This document shows, one piece after another, positions 60,691 through 64,000 of a stretch of DNA of 64,000 nt (its first letter is position 1; each line of letters starts with the position of its first letter). The notes under the pieces were generated by a model that was given only the letters and a program-made list of their open reading frames with translations, ran no database searches and was not told where the DNA came from. A program made the translations under genes and the position numbers. The DNA comes from Candidatus Moraniibacteriota bacterium (GTDB lineage: Bacteria > Patescibacteriota > Minisyncoccia > Moranbacterales > GCA-2747515). The stretch lies in the NCBI GenBank assembly GCA_046116545.1, contig CP175956.1, positions 385,734 through 449,733 on the forward strand, in the 5' to 3' direction.

Positions 60691-61665
60691 CTAGTAAATA
60701 TAACCCCTTATTACCCTAGCATTTTTACTAAGAGTTCTATTATTTACAACACCCCAACCTTTATAGTTCATCTCTGATACAGTAATTGTGTCTTTTCCTA
60801 CTTTCTCTACAATAGCAACGTGCCCATACCTAGCATCTTCTGTTGTTACAACAATTGCACCCACCTTTGGTTTCGTACCAGTTTTACGACCAGCTGCACG
60901 AGCATTATACAGCCATGCACCTGCATTACCTCTCCATGTTACGCTTTTCTTATTTGCTACATAATATGTACAATATCCATATGGGAAACTATTTCCTGCT
61001 GTTCTTGTCTTTGTACTATTTTTAATAATGCTACTTCCCAAGTTTGTACTACCACTACCTGTTGCAACGTATTCTCTAGGAGTTAATAATGGATCTGGCT
61101 CGGGCTCAGGAATATCTTTTTGAGCTCCTGGTATTATAATTTCTTCACCTTCTTTTAATTCTCCATTAGCTGGCAAACTGTTGTATGAGATTATTTCTTT
61201 CTTGTTTGTCTCATATTCTTTTGCAATTTTTTCAATAGTTTCACCTGGTTTAACTTTATGCTTTAATCCTGAAACTGGCAAAATAAAGATGGTATCTCCT
61301 GGACTTATATCATTAACATCCTCAATTTCATTTGCCCAAAAGAGAGTTGCTGTTGTGACACTATGTTTTTGTGCAATTGTACTTAAAGTATCACCTCTTT
61401 TTACTGTATACAAAATAACATCACCTTCATTTTCAGGATCACTTGCGCCATCTTTTCTTGGTGGGATAATTGCTGAGTCCACAAGTAATTCTTCATTGCT
61501 TTCTGATGACATTGCTAGTTCTGTATTTGTACTCGCTTCCTCTTTTTCTTCCACAGTAGTAACATGTGTATCTGTGTCTCCAACAATACCTCCATCCAGT
61601 ATCAAACTATCTGCCTCTTCAATTATTTCTTCTTTTATTCCCTTTTCACTCCAATGCCCTACCAA
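60691..61665 (-). CDS. LysM x2 + CHAP peptidoglycan hydrolase (true start likely further upstream)
   Basis: YTVKRGDTLS.IA, HKVKPGETI..IA, YGYCTYYV..W.GNA..W, YGHVA.VE, SEMN. Confidence 0.88.
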   Translation of the reverse strand: MVGHWSEKGIKEEIIEEADSLILDGGIVGDTDTHVTTVEEKEEASTNTELAMSSESNEELLVDSAIIPPRKDGASDPENEGDVILYTVKRGDTLSTIAQKHSVTTATLFWANEIEDVNDISPGDTIFILPVSGLKHKVKPGETIEKIAKEYETNKKEIISYNSLPANGELKEGEEIIIPGAQKDIPEPEPDPLLTPREYVATGSGSTNLGSSIIKNSTKTRTAGNSFPYGYCTYYVANKKSVTWRGNAGAWLYNARAAGRKTGTKPKVGAIVVTTEDARYGHVAIVEKVGKDTITVSEMNYKGWGVVNNRTLSKNARVIRGYIY

Positions 61666-62105
61666 AAAGGTTTCATCATTATTATTTTGAGCTGAAATAT
61701 TACCAAAAATAATTAAGGTTGCTATACCAACTATAACAGTTAGGCTACCGTTTTTTCTTATGAATCTACCTATACCAAAAAAAGAACGTCGACGAAAAGA
61801 CGTGACGATAAAATTTTCGACTATATAAAAATATTTTTGAATTGTTTTTAGAACGTTATTTAAAAAATAACGTATTCTATTAAAGCGTTTAATACGCAGT
61901 TTTTCCTTATATACAACTTCTCACGTAAGGTAATTCACTAATTTATAGCTATTACCATCTGTGAAAGTCTTATTTTTTAACTTCATTCATTATAGACATA
62001 TTCATTCATTTGTCAATGCAAACATAAACATGCTTATGGATATTATAGCACTTTTTTGATGCTATGTTACAATATAATTGTGGGACATAAATATAAAATA
62101 AAAAT

Positions 62106-63041
62106 ATGCAACAAAATCTAAAAAAACTTGTGTCTGACTATTTAGAATATTTAGAAGTTGAATTAAATAGAAGTCCTAAAACAATTGAAAATTATGATCA
62201 TTATTTAACTAGATTTATTAATTTTATACAAAAAAAGTATGTAATTACTTCTCCTGAAAATATTTCTCTTGATATCGTACATAAATATAGAGTTTATTTA
62301 CACAGATATGAAATGAATGATGGATCTACATTTAAAATCTCAACTCAAAATTATCATGTTATTGCCTTGCGAAACTTTCTTAAATATTTATCAAAACAAG
62401 ATATTAAAACACTCTCTGCTGAAAAAATAGAGATAGGAAAAGCACCTCAACGAGAGGTGGAATTTCTAGAACCTGAAGAAGTTGAGCGGTTATTGTTAGC
62501 TGCTGATGGTCCAAATCGTAGCGCAAAAAGAGATCGCGCATTATTGGAATTGTTATTTTCAGCTGGACTCCGTGTTTCTGAATTAGTCTCAATTGATATT
62601 GAAGATATTAACTTAGATAGACAAGAATTTAGCGTAAAAGGTAAGGGTGCTAAAATAAGACTTGTTTTTATATCTAATACAGCAAAAAATGCTATTACTA
62701 AATATTTAAATGCTCGCAACGATATTGATCCTGCACTATTTATACGAGATAAGGTTGGCACAAATAAAGAAGCTGATGCCAAGGGATTGCGACTGACACC
62801 AAGAAGTGTACAAAGAATTGTAAAAAAATATGCAACAAAAGCTGGTATAGTAAAAAACGTTCACCCACATACGTTGAGACATTCTTTTGCTACTGACTTA
62901 CTACAAAATGGTGCTGATATAAGAAGTGTGCAAGAAATGCTTGGTCATGCAAACATAACAACAACTCAAATTTATACACATATAACAAATAAAAACCTTA
63001 AAAATATACATGATAAATTTCATGGTAAAAATTCTTCCTAA
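62106..63041 (+). CDS. XerC/XerD-like tyrosine recombinase
   Basis: RDRALLELLFSAGLRVSEL, VKGKG.K.R, HPHTLRHSFAT.LL..GAD.R.VQ..LGH....TTQIYTH. Confidence 0.92.
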   Translation: MQQNLKKLVSDYLEYLEVELNRSPKTIENYDHYLTRFINFIQKKYVITSPENISLDIVHKYRVYLHRYEMNDGSTFKISTQNYHVIALRNFLKYLSKQDIKTLSAEKIEIGKAPQREVEFLEPEEVERLLLAADGPNRSAKRDRALLELLFSAGLRVSELVSIDIEDINLDRQEFSVKGKGAKIRLVFISNTAKNAITKYLNARNDIDPALFIRDKVGTNKEADAKGLRLTPRSVQRIVKKYATKAGIVKNVHPHTLRHSFATDLLQNGADIRSVQEMLGHANITTTQIYTHITNKNLKNIHDKFHGKNSS

Positions 63042-63046
63042 CTTTT

Positions 63047-63463
63047 TTATTTATTCATGTTTTTTATATACTTTGCATATTTTTGATCTTCTATAAGAAT
63101 ATGGTTTGTGAGCCAAGAACCCATAAAGTTTTCAATTTCGAAAACAAGTTTGTGTTTGTCAGCATCAGCCTCAGAACAAACTACTTTTAATTCCTTGTAT
63201 TTATCAACAAATACTTGATGTTGTTTATGATGTTCTTGTGTTTGAGGATACCCTATATCTTTTAAATATTGCTCTTCATACACCAAATGACCATTCATGT
63301 ATTTCTCAAAAAAATCAATAAGATCTATAACAACATTATCTGCTGTTTTATCAACAATTGCGTCTAACAGAGAATTAATTTTTTCAAATAATTGCTTATG
63401 CTGTTTATCTAAAATATTATGATTGACTGACATATCCTCAGTCCATTGAAATTTAATATCCAT
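63047..63463 (-). CDS. Bacteriohemerythrin
   Basis: W....SV....LD.QH..LF, H...EE, YP....H...H, WL.NHI..ED.KY. Confidence 0.9.
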   Translation of the reverse strand: MDIKFQWTEDMSVNHNILDKQHKQLFEKINSLLDAIVDKTADNVVIDLIDFFEKYMNGHLVYEEQYLKDIGYPQTQEHHKQHQVFVDKYKELKVVCSEADADKHKLVFEIENFMGSWLTNHILIEDQKYAKYIKNMNK

Positions 63464-63550
63464 ACTTTTTAATTAATATATTAATATATTAATTATACTA
63501 TATCTATAAGTAAATATAAAAAGGTAAGAAGTCGATTTCGACTTCTTACC

Positions 63551-63691
63551 TTATTTTATACATGAATATATAACTAATACACTGACAGCACTAGCTAATA
63601 TACAACCAAAAAAAATTCCAACACTAAATCCCAAAAATAATAATACACTTATGGGACAAACAATAAAAAATATTGTTATTATTTTATTCAT
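63551..63691 (-). CDS. 46-aa hydrophobic membrane peptide
   Basis: Hand translation MNKIITIFFIVCPISVLLFLGFSVGIFFGCILASAVSVLVIYSCIK; GAGAGGG SD; TTGACT..TATAAT promoter upstream; terminator at about 63521-63552. Confidence 0.45.
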   Translation of the reverse strand: MNKIITIFFIVCPISVLLFLGFSVGIFFGCILASAVSVLVIYSCIK

Positions 63692-63797
63692 TGTAGCCCT
63701 CTCACCAAAGATTCTAATTGATTATAAAAAGTAATTTTAAAGTACATGCATATCAGCATTATAACCATTAAATTTAACTACAGTCAATTACCTATGT

Positions 63798-64000
63798 TTA
63801 AATTTTTTCTATAGGTGCTATGCTTTTTGCTAACTTTTTAAGACCAAATCCCTTAAATACAATATGAATAATAATATCATCCTGCCCCACAACGATTCCT
63901 TCCCCAAAATCCCTGTGTTTCACTTTATCACCATCTATAAATGTATCTCTATCATCATCTATTATCAAAACACTTTCTGGCTTTTTTTCAAAGAAATCAT
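63798..64000 (-). CDS. pcrA: C-terminal Tudor-like domain of PcrA/UvrD helicase (partial)
   Basis: Hand translation ..GDKVKHRDFGEGIVV..IVFKGFGLKKLAKSIAPIEKI*. Confidence 0.7.
   Translation of the reverse strand, partial: DFFEKKPESVLIIDDDRDTFIDGDKVKHRDFGEGIVVGQDDIIIHIVFKGFGLKKLAKSIAPIEKI

Noticed and set aside
62106-63041. Prophage or island integrase
   Set aside because: Size and motifs are typical of a housekeeping Xer recombinase, and the neighbours are cellular genes

Overview
AT-rich bacterial chromosome segment. The gene repertoire (alpha2-type GlyRS, C-terminally short UvrC, TrmB-like regulators, DUF2207/TMEM43, giant acidic surface proteins, SD-less core genes) suggests a Patescibacteria/CPR, probably Parcubacteria-type, genome (inference). 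Most genes lie on the minus strand. 1-13 kb: an accessory cluster with strong Shine-Dalgarno sites. It joins NAD/CoA salvage enzymes (CoaD-CoaE-like fusion, HD hydrolase, PncA, NadD, uridine-kinase-like) to a tightly linked module: J-domain/atypical kinase, vWA+YfaP-like protein, C-domain-less pyruvate-kinase-like enzyme, divergent adenylosuccinate synthetase and a TPM/coiled-coil membrane protein. An NrtR repressor gene is adjacent, and TAGT(G/A)T-N7-A(C/T)ACTA-type palindromes sit at three of the promoter regions. This ADP-ribose/NAD-responsive module is the best candidate for an undescribed system. 13-38 kb: mostly housekeeping (nth, uvrC, ABC-F, uvrA, pepA, glyQS with a compact T-box, pgeF, tgt, fba), plus a mini-islet inserted at the 3' end of uvrA. 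38-46.5 kb: surface-protein locus with duplicated attenuator-like leaders. 46.5-64 kb: gyrA, four ORFans separated by a conserved structured repeat, a fibre-like repeat protein, a LysM-CHAP hydrolase, a Xer recombinase, hemerythrin and the end of pcrA. REP/RPE-like palindromes are scattered through the intergenic regions. No rRNA, tRNA or CRISPR array was recognised.
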